Shown here piece after piece: positions 9,449 through 18,261 of a stretch of DNA of 64,000 bases. The notes under the pieces are model-generated. The model had not been told where the DNA came from and did no database searches. It worked only from the letters and a program-made list of their open reading frames with translations. The DNA is from a virus. The stretch's first letter is position 1; each line of letters begins with the position of its first letter. A program made the position numbers and the translations under genes. The stretch lies in IMG/VR virus record IMGVR_UViG_3300031857_000027; one strand, given 5' to 3'.

Positions 9449-9990
9449 GGATTGTTTTTAGAGTGTGGTACATCAAAAACAAAAGTTATCCTATCAACGT
9501 CACCGACATTGAGTGTTCCGTGTAATGCCTTATTATTAAACCAAAGTAAAGTTCCTGGTTCAACAATAACTGATTCATCACCAACAAAGTATTCGTATCT
9601 ACCTTGTATTGATAGATGATAACGATCCTTTGTCAGATAATAAGTACCTTCATCTATATGTCTACCAACTGTTTGACCAACACCTAATTTCAAAAAACCA
9701 CAACGACAAAACTTTTTAAAATGTCTTTTGACAAAACTTATGATTTCTGTGTGATGCTTGTATGCCGGTGTTGGAATACAAAGTTCACTATCACCAACAA
9801 ATTGTTCTTCTCTTTCCAAACCTGCCATAACCAACTGAAGTACATCGGTTGTAACAATGTACTTCTCATGGTCAAGTTGTTCAGTGCCTTTTACTTTTTT
9901 TTGGTTGCCCCAGTCTTCTGGATACTGCTGCAACTGTTTCAATATCTTTGAGACATTAATACCAGTTCTGATTACACGTATATTTTTCAT
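9445..9990 (-). CDS. Aspartyl/asparaginyl beta-hydroxylase-domain 2OG-Fe(II) oxygenase
   Basis: HIDEGTYY...RYHLSI...WFNNKALHG...RITFVFD. Confidence 0.8.
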   Translation of the reverse strand: MKNIRVIRTGINVSKILKQLQQYPEDWGNQKKVKGTEQLDHEKYIVTTDVLQLVMAGLEREEQFVGDSELCIPTPAYKHHTEIISFVKRHFKKFCRCGFLKLGVGQTVGRHIDEGTYYLTKDRYHLSIQGRYEYFVGDESVIVEPGTLLWFNNKALHGTLNVGDVDRITFVFDVPHSKNNP

Positions 9991-12515
9991 GAAAAGAAAC
10001 TCTCAAGTGTGTATTGCTTCTCTGTTTGCCAACCGATACAATCAAGAATCAATTTAATCGGTTCAAGAAATGTTTTTTCAAACTGTGTTTCATAATCAAT
10101 ATATTCTTGCAACTCAAACTCTTTTGGCAATCTTGTTGGAAATGAAACAACCATATCTCTGAAAGGGTTTGGTGTTTTGAGATAGGTAAACTTCAACTTT
10201 TCACCTTCTTGTATCAAAGGATACTTAGTCATCAGATTGTGCTGTTTAAGGAAATGATTATACAGTATTGCACCCTTCACATGAATAGGTGTGCCTTTCT
10301 TGTATATTGTAACAGAATCCGCATATTCTTTCAAGCCATTACAGCCACGTGGAAAAGAAATATCTTCAACAGGTAACTTACGAAACTCTTCTCTAAAGTC
10401 GGCAACAAACTTTTGTACCGTTTCTTCGTCGGTGTTTACAACCAAATCAACCAATTGATACATCTTGGCACGTACAGCGGTAGGTGTAGATGACTTGACC
10501 ATCTCAAGACCCATGACCTTGATTTTTGGTTTTGCATACTGAACACCTTCGTTGTTGTACACATTTAGAATATAACGTTTCTTTGCAGTCCAGATACCTT
10601 TATCGGACAAGCCTTCACGTTTCATCTGCATTTTTTGGTCGAACGCATGAACATATTCAGCAAGTTCTTGATAACTCTTATCAATATATGGTTGAATTTT
10701 CTCTTCACAGATTTTGTCCATGAAGGCGATAACTTTCTGAGCCTCTGGTTTTTCTTTATACACAGAGTCAACCAGTGGACCAAGATTAAGATAGATTGAA
10801 TCTGTATCCGAAGCAATAACATAGTCAGTATTAGATTTTAGAATTTTATTCAAATAATCGTTGAGTTTGTTTTCAATCCAACGAATAGAGAGTTGACCCG
10901 CTTGTGTAACAGCAAGTGCTTGGCGCAAATCATAAAACCTAAAATACTGAGAACCCATTGCACCGTAGGCAGAGTTTAGCGAAACTTTCTTTGCAAGTTG
11001 TAGATTGTTGTATCTTGCAATTAACTTCTCAATTTCTTTTTTTCTACCTTTGTCTTTTTCGTTTTCATAATCTTGCTGTTCTTTCAACATCAACTTCTTA
11101 AACTTTTTACGGTCTTCATACATCTCAATCATCATTGCTGGTAGAAAACCTTGCTTGTCTGTACGAAAGAATTGACCATTTGGTGTAACTGTCACATCTT
11201 TCATCACACTCGTATCAATTTTTTGGTCAAGCAAACTTTCTACCGATGCCTGTGTTGAAATACGGCGCATATCATCAGTATAATCATCTTTCTCAATCAA
11301 GGTCTCTGGTGAGATGTTGTATTGCATAATCAAATGCGGATACAGACTGTTTAAGTCAAATGATGCGACCCAATTATGTAAACCAATTTTTGGTTCTTTG
11401 ACATAAGCACCTTCAAATGCTTCACTCTTTTTGGCAATACGGCGTGGTGGCACAACAATCTTCTTATCAAGTAGATAGTTGTAGATCAGTGCATCCCACA
11501 TTCTTGTTTGTGCAAATACATCATCATAGTTACACTTGGTGTCATACGCCAGAGTCAGTGCAAGTTCAACCAGTTTTAGTTTATCTTCCAGTTTCAAAAT
11601 CAGATGCACATCTTTGATGTTATACTCAATAAACTTTTGATGATCAAGTCTATAGAGTTGATGTAAATTATCATACTCATCATATGATAGTTTGCTTTCA
11701 CCAAGTTCTACACTGGCGATTGTATCTAGACGATAGTTCTCGGCGTTTTTACCACCAGGTGCATACCATTGGTACAGTTCAAGATAATCAAGAACAGAAA
11801 TGCCGACCAGATCATAAACAATCTGCTCTTTGCCTTTGAACACAGTCTTTCTTTCAGAATAGACAGACCATGGTGACAACTTGTTTACTACATCATCCCC
11901 AAATAAACGTGAGAAACGATTGACAAGGTAAGGAATATCAAAGAACTTGATATTCCAACCAGTAACAACGTCAGGATGGTCGCTTGACCAATCAGCAATA
12001 AACCGTTCACAAAGATTGATTTCATCTTCACACTTAATGTATGTTTCTTCACCTTTTACCTCATAATCACCACAACCATAAACCGTAGTACCGCCATTCA
12101 ATTGATGAATAGCGATTGCTGTAATAGGCTCAGTAGCCTTGTATGGATCAGGAAATCCATTTTCAGAACCAACCTCAATGTCTATGAAAGCGACAGAGAG
12201 ATGAGAAATATCCCAATCAACAATCCCTCTAAAATTGTCAGCAATGAATGCGTATTCATAGCGTGTATTGCCGTAGATTTTAAAGTTTGAAACATCTTCG
12301 TAACGTTTGACAAAATCACGTGCCTCCCGAATAGTATCAAAAGTCATAGGTTCCAATGGCTCATTGAACAATGAACGCCATTGGTTTTGTTTATTAGACT
12401 GCAAAAACAAAGTCGGAGAGTATTTGACCTTTGTCTTAACTCTCCGACCGTTGTTCACTCCACGAAAAAGTATGTGATTGCCGTGGACGCAAACATTCGT
12501 ATAATATTTACTCAT
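9987..12515 (-). CDS. 43: Family B DNA polymerase gp43
   Basis: ExoI DIEV, SFDLNSLYPH, KVSLNSAYG, DTDS, KKRY; C-terminal clamp-binding TLESFF. Confidence 0.98.
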   Translation of the reverse strand: MSKYYTNVCVHGNHILFRGVNNGRRVKTKVKYSPTLFLQSNKQNQWRSLFNEPLEPMTFDTIREARDFVKRYEDVSNFKIYGNTRYEYAFIADNFRGIVDWDISHLSVAFIDIEVGSENGFPDPYKATEPITAIAIHQLNGGTTVYGCGDYEVKGEETYIKCEDEINLCERFIADWSSDHPDVVTGWNIKFFDIPYLVNRFSRLFGDDVVNKLSPWSVYSERKTVFKGKEQIVYDLVGISVLDYLELYQWYAPGGKNAENYRLDTIASVELGESKLSYDEYDNLHQLYRLDHQKFIEYNIKDVHLILKLEDKLKLVELALTLAYDTKCNYDDVFAQTRMWDALIYNYLLDKKIVVPPRRIAKKSEAFEGAYVKEPKIGLHNWVASFDLNSLYPHLIMQYNISPETLIEKDDYTDDMRRISTQASVESLLDQKIDTSVMKDVTVTPNGQFFRTDKQGFLPAMMIEMYEDRKKFKKLMLKEQQDYENEKDKGRKKEIEKLIARYNNLQLAKKVSLNSAYGAMGSQYFRFYDLRQALAVTQAGQLSIRWIENKLNDYLNKILKSNTDYVIASDTDSIYLNLGPLVDSVYKEKPEAQKVIAFMDKICEEKIQPYIDKSYQELAEYVHAFDQKMQMKREGLSDKGIWTAKKRYILNVYNNEGVQYAKPKIKVMGLEMVKSSTPTAVRAKMYQLVDLVVNTDEETVQKFVADFREEFRKLPVEDISFPRGCNGLKEYADSVTIYKKGTPIHVKGAILYNHFLKQHNLMTKYPLIQEGEKLKFTYLKTPNPFRDMVVSFPTRLPKEFELQEYIDYETQFEKTFLEPIKLILDCIGWQTEKQYTLESFFS

Positions 12516-12823
12516 TAAATCACAAGACCAGGTGGTGCAATTTCAATTCGGCTAAACATTTTTCTATATTGTGCCAGCAAATCAGAAACGGGTGTATTGG
12601 TTGTTAGAATGTCATTATTATTGAAAGTAATACCTTTATCAAACTCTTCAACAAAAGCAAGATATGGCGCAAAGCCAACACCACCCGGATCACTTGCTGA
12701 ACGTGGTGGCACTGCAATGACTTGCATTGGGTTTTTTACTTTTACACCAATCTCACCTTTATCAACTACTTCACCAATGATTGTTTGATGTGTTTTAAAT
12801 GTGATACAAACTATTTCACTCAT
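12515..12823 (-). CDS. Small beta-rich (Sm-like) hypothetical protein
   Basis: IIGEV...VKNPMQV...GFAPY pattern; position immediately upstream of gp43. Confidence 0.65.
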   Translation of the reverse strand: MSEIVCITFKTHQTIIGEVVDKGEIGVKVKNPMQVIAVPPRSASDPGGVGFAPYLAFVEEFDKGITFNNNDILTTNTPVSDLLAQYRKMFSRIEIAPPGLVI

Positions 12824-13050
12824 ACAGATACCCTTGTAGTTGGTTCATAAACATCAAGTGTTACCCACTTTTTTGGAAACAACATTTCACGACCGACAAA
12901 ATCGGCAATGTCATATGTTGGATCATCAACAAGACCGATCAATTCAACCTTGTTGTCAAACTCACGCATCACAAGATCATACTTGTATGCTTTAGAGATT
13001 TTAGGATTGGCTTCAGCCAATTGTTTTGCTACTTTTGTGATATTGCTCAT
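12820..13050 (-). CDS. Hypothetical protein
   Basis: GAGGAG SD; ATGA overlap with the next gene. Confidence 0.7.
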   Translation of the reverse strand: MSNITKVAKQLAEANPKISKAYKYDLVMREFDNKVELIGLVDDPTYDIADFVGREMLFPKKWVTLDVYEPTTRVSV

Positions 13051-13053
13051 AAT

Positions 13054-13548
13054 TTACTCCTCACATTGAATAACTTTAATTTCACATTTTTTTAGAAAAT
13101 TGATACCTGAATCACTTCTGTAGGCGTTTTTGTAGTAAACCTCCTTGATTCCTGACTGATATATCATCTTAGCACATTCCAAGCACGGTGCGTGGGTAAT
13201 AAACATTGTTGCCCCATCACTTGAGTTTGTTGACCGAGAAACTTTAGCAATAGCATTAGATTCGGCATGTAGAACTTCTGGTTTAGACGTTAACCGTGTC
13301 CAACCATGAGCAGTTTCGGTATAACCATTGGCAATCATCCATTCCGGTGTCTCATAACATTCATCTTTGAGGACATATAAAGTTTCTTCACAGTTGTTAT
13401 CCCAACCAGATGGCATGCCGTTATATCCGATACCAATGATGGTATTGTCTTTGACGATTACACAACCTACATGTAATCTACGAGCAGTTGAAAGTTCAGC
13501 ATAAACGCTGGCCGCTTTCATATGGGCTTTTACGTATTTTTCTTTCAT
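13054..13548 (-). CDS. cd: dCMP deaminase
   Basis: VGCVIVK, GYNG, HAESNA and PCLEC zinc motifs. Confidence 0.93.
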   Translation of the reverse strand: MKEKYVKAHMKAASVYAELSTARRLHVGCVIVKDNTIIGIGYNGMPSGWDNNCEETLYVLKDECYETPEWMIANGYTETAHGWTRLTSKPEVLHAESNAIAKVSRSTNSSDGATMFITHAPCLECAKMIYQSGIKEVYYKNAYRSDSGINFLKKCEIKVIQCEE

Positions 13549-13600
13549 TATAAGTAAGCACTCACTTCATGCATGGCGCACGACGAAAAAATCGTTCCGA

Positions 13601-14416
13601 CTATTCCAAAATGACAAGTGACGTTCTAGCCACGTTTACGTTGTTGGCGTGTAGGAAGAATGGTAAAAATCTTTCACCTAAAAAACCTGGATATCTCCAA
13701 GGCAATGGCTCAGATGTTGTTGTAGTTGTTGGATATACTCTGCTTGTGTTCTGCCACACATATTCTAAAAGTTCAAATAACTCAGAAGCATATTTTCTGA
13801 ACAGTTGCTTACGCATGACATAACATGTTTCAAAACTGGCGCCGTTGTCATCCCACCAACTCATCTTGTCTCTGTAATCAGGTAATAACTTTTCAATACC
13901 CTCTAAAAACAGATTCAAATACTCTGCTGGTTGTGACTGTAGATACTGATTACGAACTGAGTATGGCAATGGTGTGATGTGATTCGTAATCGCATCGTGT
14001 GTCTCAAGTAGTTTGAGTGCGGCCGCCTTCTGTTCATCGGATGACATGTAATTAGCACTTTCTTGTGTGGCCGGCAACGATGATTTCAGAATATTTTTAC
14101 CCAAGTCACCTTTGAAGTCCAAATAACGACGATATGTTGTACAGCCAATGAAGTCTGCACGACCATTATGCCACAAGTAATACTCGGATGCTTGTTGTGC
14201 TAATGCACGAAGAAACTCATCTTCACTACACATGCTGTAATAGTGACGATAGCCATATACACTTTTATGTTGTGATGTGTTGATCCAATTGCCGGGACCT
14301 GGTGGTTGCCACTTGTATGGCGCATGAGAACCAGCGTATGCTGCTTTCAGCCAAGAGGATTCATGATTAAAAGGAAAGTCTTTATGAAAGTGACTTACCA
14401 TCAACAGATCAGTCAC
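13601..14416 (-). CDS. DUF4422-like glycosyltransferase
   Basis: DFIGCTTYRRY, YVMRKQLFRKY..ELF..L and RYPGFLGERF resemble DUF4422; probable GTG start at 14416 after GAGG. Confidence 0.65.
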   Translation of the reverse strand: MTDLLMVSHFHKDFPFNHESSWLKAAYAGSHAPYKWQPPGPGNWINTSQHKSVYGYRHYYSMCSEDEFLRALAQQASEYYLWHNGRADFIGCTTYRRYLDFKGDLGKNILKSSLPATQESANYMSSDEQKAAALKLLETHDAITNHITPLPYSVRNQYLQSQPAEYLNLFLEGIEKLLPDYRDKMSWWDDNGASFETCYVMRKQLFRKYASELFELLEYVWQNTSRVYPTTTTTSEPLPWRYPGFLGERFLPFFLHANNVNVARTSLVILE

Positions 14417-14573
14417 CTTGCACCTCTTCTTTTTTCTTCTTCTTGAATTCAATTCGTGGAGCAATGATTGCTTGAATCATCTCACGCTTGTAGTCAGTCT
14501 TGTTTTTACCAGAAAGACCTGAAAGTAGAACCTTCAGTTCTTTGCCCATTTTAAAGTTTGAATTTGATTTCAT
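14409..14573 (-). CDS. Small basic hypothetical protein (54 aa), not in the ORF track
   Basis: MKSNSNFKMGKELKVLLSGLSGKNKTDYKREMIQAIIAPRIEFKKKKKEEVQGD; TAATG overlap with the upstream stop; fills the gap exactly. Confidence 0.7.
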   Translation of the reverse strand: MKSNSNFKMGKELKVLLSGLSGKNKTDYKREMIQAIIAPRIEFKKKKKEEVQGD

Positions 14574-15151
14574 TACCATGTCCAAGCAACATAAGAGTAT
14601 CGTGTGCCTTTCGTCACCAGATCGACTCTGTGTGGATAAAGGAAGTTTGATGGGAAAATCATAATCTCACCAGACTTCAAAGTTATAGGAGTGTCTTGCC
14701 AAAATACCAAATCACCACCATCATAGCCGCCATTCAAACCACCAAGAATAGTAAGTGTTGGTATACCCTTACGTTGACCATCAAACATTGAATGAATGTG
14801 GTCGCAGTGAAGTTTCATTTGTGTATCTTCACGATAACGGTTGAAACGAACTTCAGTGAATCCTTGCCAAGATTGATACCAATTACAACCCCAATCAGTA
14901 AGTTCTTTGTGATATCTCTGCAAGCCATCCCATATTCTTTGCATGATGTACTCTTTGTGCTTTACATTTGACCATGTAACAGCAAGTTCATGCTCATACG
15001 AATGATTAGAATTATTCTGATAGTCGTAGAACTGGTGCGTCTGAAACTGTCCTTCAACTAGTTCAAGTTCGTCAACAGTTTCTTGACACACTTCTGGTGT
15101 GAGCCAATCGGAATAGATTTTGAGATATGATCGTAGGTCTTTGTCCATCAT
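14573..15151 (-). CDS. 2OG-Fe(II) oxygenase (prolyl-4-hydroxylase-like)
   Basis: RFNRY...HCDH...GGDL...IFPSNFLYPHRV...RYS; start at MMDKDL after GAAGGA. Confidence 0.9.
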   Translation of the reverse strand: MMDKDLRSYLKIYSDWLTPEVCQETVDELELVEGQFQTHQFYDYQNNSNHSYEHELAVTWSNVKHKEYIMQRIWDGLQRYHKELTDWGCNWYQSWQGFTEVRFNRYREDTQMKLHCDHIHSMFDGQRKGIPTLTILGGLNGGYDGGDLVFWQDTPITLKSGEIMIFPSNFLYPHRVDLVTKGTRYSYVAWTW

Positions 15152-15159
15152 GTATCCTT

Positions 15160-15183
15160 CAAAGTGGGGCTTGCGCCCCACTG
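15160..15183 (-). terminator. GC-rich hairpin with GCAA tetraloop after hsp20 (weak terminator or stabiliser)
   Basis: AGTGGGGC-GCAA-GCCCCACT followed by only a short T-run. Confidence 0.55.
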
Positions 15184-15184
15184 T

Positions 15185-15670
15185 TTATGCAGCCTGTTTT
15201 TCTTCTTGTAGAAGTTTAGGCTCAAAAAATTTCAGTTCATTACCAATTTCAATGCGTTTTGGCTTTTGATGTTCTGGAATAACATTAATAAGACCAACAC
15301 GCAGAATACCATCTTTGAGTTCTGAACTATGTACTTCAATAGTGTCAGCAATGGTAATTGTTTTTGTGAAGTTACGTGCAGCAATACCTCTGTGTAGATA
15401 TTCTGCTTGTCCCATATCTTCATCTTCTTTATTACCTTTGATTACCAAAGTATTTTTTTCTCTGGTAATTTCAATGTCGTCTTTACTGAAGCCTGCAACC
15501 GCAAGTTCAATAATGTAACGATTGTCATCTACTCTGATAATATTGTGATACGGAAAAGTATTTCCAGTATGTTGTGCTGGCGTAGCAGACAACAACTTCT
15601 CAATGTCATCAAAGAAACGATCAAAGCCAAGAGTATGATGTAGTAAAGGACTAATACGAGTAATAGTCAT
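15185..15670 (-). CDS. Small heat shock protein Hsp20 (IbpA-like)
   Basis: GFDRFF, FPYHNI, IELAVAGF, YLHRGIAARNF, LKDGIL, PEHQKPKRIEI. Confidence 0.95.
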   Translation of the reverse strand: MTITRISPLLHHTLGFDRFFDDIEKLLSATPAQHTGNTFPYHNIIRVDDNRYIIELAVAGFSKDDIEITREKNTLVIKGNKEDEDMGQAEYLHRGIAARNFTKTITIADTIEVHSSELKDGILRVGLINVIPEHQKPKRIEIGNELKFFEPKLLQEEKQAA

Positions 15671-15720
15671 AGTTTTCTCCTTTTAAGCAAGTAAAATTAC
15701 GTGACCCCGAAGGCATCACG
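15671..15720 (-). promoter_or_regulatory. ROSE-like RNA thermometer leader of hsp20
   Basis: C(UUCG)G hairpin followed by CUUGCU-UAAA-AGGAG pairing over the SD with a bulged G. Confidence 0.6.
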
Positions 15721-15722
15721 AC

Positions 15723-15905
15723 TCACTTGGCAATCGCAAATGCTGTACGATTGACAAGATAAGTTCTTTGTGGATTACTTTGATTGAAGACTTTAATGAA
15801 CTCATTATTGCCTTCTTTTATCACATCATCGTAATTCCGTGTGTACACCTCTTCTTTGGTGTACTTGTTAACCAGTTTAATCGCATTGTTTTTCACTTTG
15901 CTCAT
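15723..15905 (-). CDS. Small hypothetical protein
   Basis: 60-aa ORF with GGTGA SD, between regA and hsp20. Confidence 0.65.
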   Translation of the reverse strand: MSKVKNNAIKLVNKYTKEEVYTRNYDDVIKEGNNEFIKVFNQSNPQRTYLVNRTAFAIAK

Positions 15906-15917
15906 GATGCATCACCG

Positions 15918-16322
15918 TTATTCAGTTCTACCTTTTTTACCTATGTTATATTTAGCAACTAGTTCCCATTCATCTTTTTCTTTGAAAGCAATAATCTTAA
16001 TTTGATGAATTGGTGCCATATTATTCTCTACTATATCATAGTTTACAATCTTTAGCAAGCCCCATTCCTCAAGTAAATTGGCAATAGCGTTACGTCTTTG
16101 TATATCATTTTCGGTAATTGTTGATAGCTTACCATCTAATGCAAATAATTCTTTGAAGTGTACGATATAATACTTACCTTGTTTATGTAGAATATGGCAA
16201 GACTGATACAGCACCCTCTCTTTACGACTTGAGACACCGATTCTTGTGAGTGTCTCACGAATTTTTAAAAAGTCATCTTGATTTGAAAGAACGACTTCAA
16301 CAAACTTTGATAAATCAACCAT
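15918..16322 (-). CDS. regA: Translational repressor RegA
   Basis: DDFLKIRETLTRIG, LYQSCHILHKQG, YIVHFKELFALDG. Confidence 0.97.
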   Translation of the reverse strand: MVDLSKFVEVVLSNQDDFLKIRETLTRIGVSSRKERVLYQSCHILHKQGKYYIVHFKELFALDGKLSTITENDIQRRNAIANLLEEWGLLKIVNYDIVENNMAPIHQIKIIAFKEKDEWELVAKYNIGKKGRTE

Positions 16323-16323
16323 G

Positions 16324-16710
16324 TCATTTCCTTAACCCACCCGTCAGGGTTTCTTCTTTTAGTTTTTGGATTTGTTCTTTGCTGAGAAGTCTCAAAGCCT
16401 CACGTGCTTTGGAATCGGACAGGCCATAGACCAGTTTGACACATTCCAAATCATCGTTTTTTTCAGCCTTAGCCCACTTCGCAAACGGTCTTTTCATAGA
16501 CCTGACGGTATTTAGCAAATAGTCAAATTGTAGTTTCTTTTCAAGGTAGTGCCTACTATTCATCTCATTCGCAAAGGCCAGACAATCCTTGTGTTGAGAC
16601 AAGGCTCGGTTGACCAGAAAAGGAGCATAGTCTTTCTCGGTTATATCATCTACAATCATTTGCTTCTTAGTTTGTAGGATGGCAGTTGCATAGTCAAATG
16701 GATTACTCAT
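16324..16710 (-). CDS. 62: Clamp loader small subunit gp62
   Basis: YAPFLVNRALS, ANEMN, QFDYL, KRPFAKWAK; synteny. Confidence 0.93.
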   Translation of the reverse strand: MSNPFDYATAILQTKKQMIVDDITEKDYAPFLVNRALSQHKDCLAFANEMNSRHYLEKKLQFDYLLNTVRSMKRPFAKWAKAEKNDDLECVKLVYGLSDSKAREALRLLSKEQIQKLKEETLTGGLRK

Positions 16711-17704
16711 ATTTAAAAATCACCGTGTCATCTAAACTTTTCTCATTTTTAAGTTCATTCTGCAATGCCTGCCTTTTGCTGCTGACCAGTGAGAATTTAT
16801 CAAAAACGTAATAATGTTTTTCAAAGTGAACATTCTTAACATCATCTATCATGTTTTTATTTCCGACTTTACCGACGTTCCAACAACTCACACCATCTTC
16901 TTTCAAATGGCTTAGTGATTTTTCAATCAAAGGTTTGAGAAACTCTGCAATCCAGGATTCATAGTTAGTTACATTGTTTATTGATTGAGTTGACTCTTTA
17001 GTATAAACTTCAACATCAAAATAGGGTGGGCTGGTCAAAACCATATCCACTTTAGGTAAATTATAGTTAGCCATATTTAAAGCATCATCACATATGATTG
17101 TAACTTTATCTTCAATATTTAAAAACTTAATCAGTCTTTGTAAATTTTTATAAGTTTCTGTATTTGGTTCAAAAGCAATGTATCTTGCACCACTTGAAAC
17201 CACACCTAACATTCTTCCACCCCAACCAGCACATGGGTCTAAAACTATTTTTGGTTTATATTTCAAACACAAAAGTTTTGCCATTTGTGGTCTATACATT
17301 GTACTTTTGGTTAGACCACAACAAAAATAAACTCCACGTTTTAGTTCTGAAAGATATGGTGTGCTATGACTCTTTCTATTCCAACGTAAAATTTTTTGCA
17401 GATTTTCAGCAGTCCAACTGTTGGCAAAACTTTTACCACGATTGTCTTCTATTTTATAGAAGTTTGGGAAAAAGTGTTCACACAATTTCATTCCAATTCT
17501 TGAAGTTGAATTGATGGTGTTTTCATTTGAAAACCAACGAATCAAATTGTTCCAATCTGTCCTTAGTTGTTCTTCAGTATAAAGTGTTTTGTAATCTATA
17601 CCTTCTAATTGAGTGGCTAAGTCATTGACTATACCCTCAAATTGTTCATCGGAAAGATTTCTGGTACTATATCTGATATTCAAAAAGTCTTTTATTTCAA
17701 CCAA
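16703..17704 (-). CDS. Amino-DNA methyltransferase (N4-C / N6-A)
   Basis: SAM motif VLDPCAGWGGR followed by catalytic TSPPYF. Confidence 0.85.
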   Translation of the reverse strand: MVEIKDFLNIRYSTRNLSDEQFEGIVNDLATQLEGIDYKTLYTEEQLRTDWNNLIRWFSNENTINSTSRIGMKLCEHFFPNFYKIEDNRGKSFANSWTAENLQKILRWNRKSHSTPYLSELKRGVYFCCGLTKSTMYRPQMAKLLCLKYKPKIVLDPCAGWGGRMLGVVSSGARYIAFEPNTETYKNLQRLIKFLNIEDKVTIICDDALNMANYNLPKVDMVLTSPPYFDVEVYTKESTQSINNVTNYESWIAEFLKPLIEKSLSHLKEDGVSCWNVGKVGNKNMIDDVKNVHFEKHYYVFDKFSLVSSKRQALQNELKNEKSLDDTVIFKYE

Positions 17705-18261
17705 AATTCTAGACCTCTTAGTTCTTCCTTATTTTTCCATTCAGAAATGTCGTAGACAAAATCCAAATCAAAAAAATTATCAAAATTACCCATCAAAATG
17801 TAATCGTCATTCTTTATTTTTTCACCACCTTGTTGATGTTTAAACAAAGGAGAAGGTGTGTTGTCCATATGGTCAATAAAGTCTTGTTTCTTGAAGAATA
17901 CCATTTTTGACTTTGAAAGATCATAGTTGACTCCAAGAAAGATCAATCTTTCCCAATCTTTTTTTATTGAAATGTGATTAAGCGCAAATTGATTGTGTAC
18001 TGTTTCATGTGCTAAACTAATTTTAACTTCGGTTTTATAACCATCAATTAAAAAATCCTGTCCTGAATTTTTTCTTTCTCTTACAGAACAGTTTAGTAAT
18101 GTCATGTATTTACCTACTATTTTCTCTCCCAAGGCGCCTTTGTTTTTGTTGGATATCAATGGATACTTTTCAAAGAGTGTGCCTTCCCACAAGTTTTTAG
18201 ACTTTTCTTCCATAAACTTGTTGAGTTTGCCATCTTTAAATAAGGTATCAAAAGGTATCAT
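17692..18261 (-). CDS. Putative PD-(D/E)XK restriction-type endonuclease
   Basis: KGALGEKIV...QDFLIDGYKTEVKIS; coupled to the MTase. Confidence 0.65.
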   Translation of the reverse strand: MIPFDTLFKDGKLNKFMEEKSKNLWEGTLFEKYPLISNKNKGALGEKIVGKYMTLLNCSVRERKNSGQDFLIDGYKTEVKISLAHETVHNQFALNHISIKKDWERLIFLGVNYDLSKSKMVFFKKQDFIDHMDNTPSPLFKHQQGGEKIKNDDYILMGNFDNFFDLDFVYDISEWKNKEELRGLEFWLK

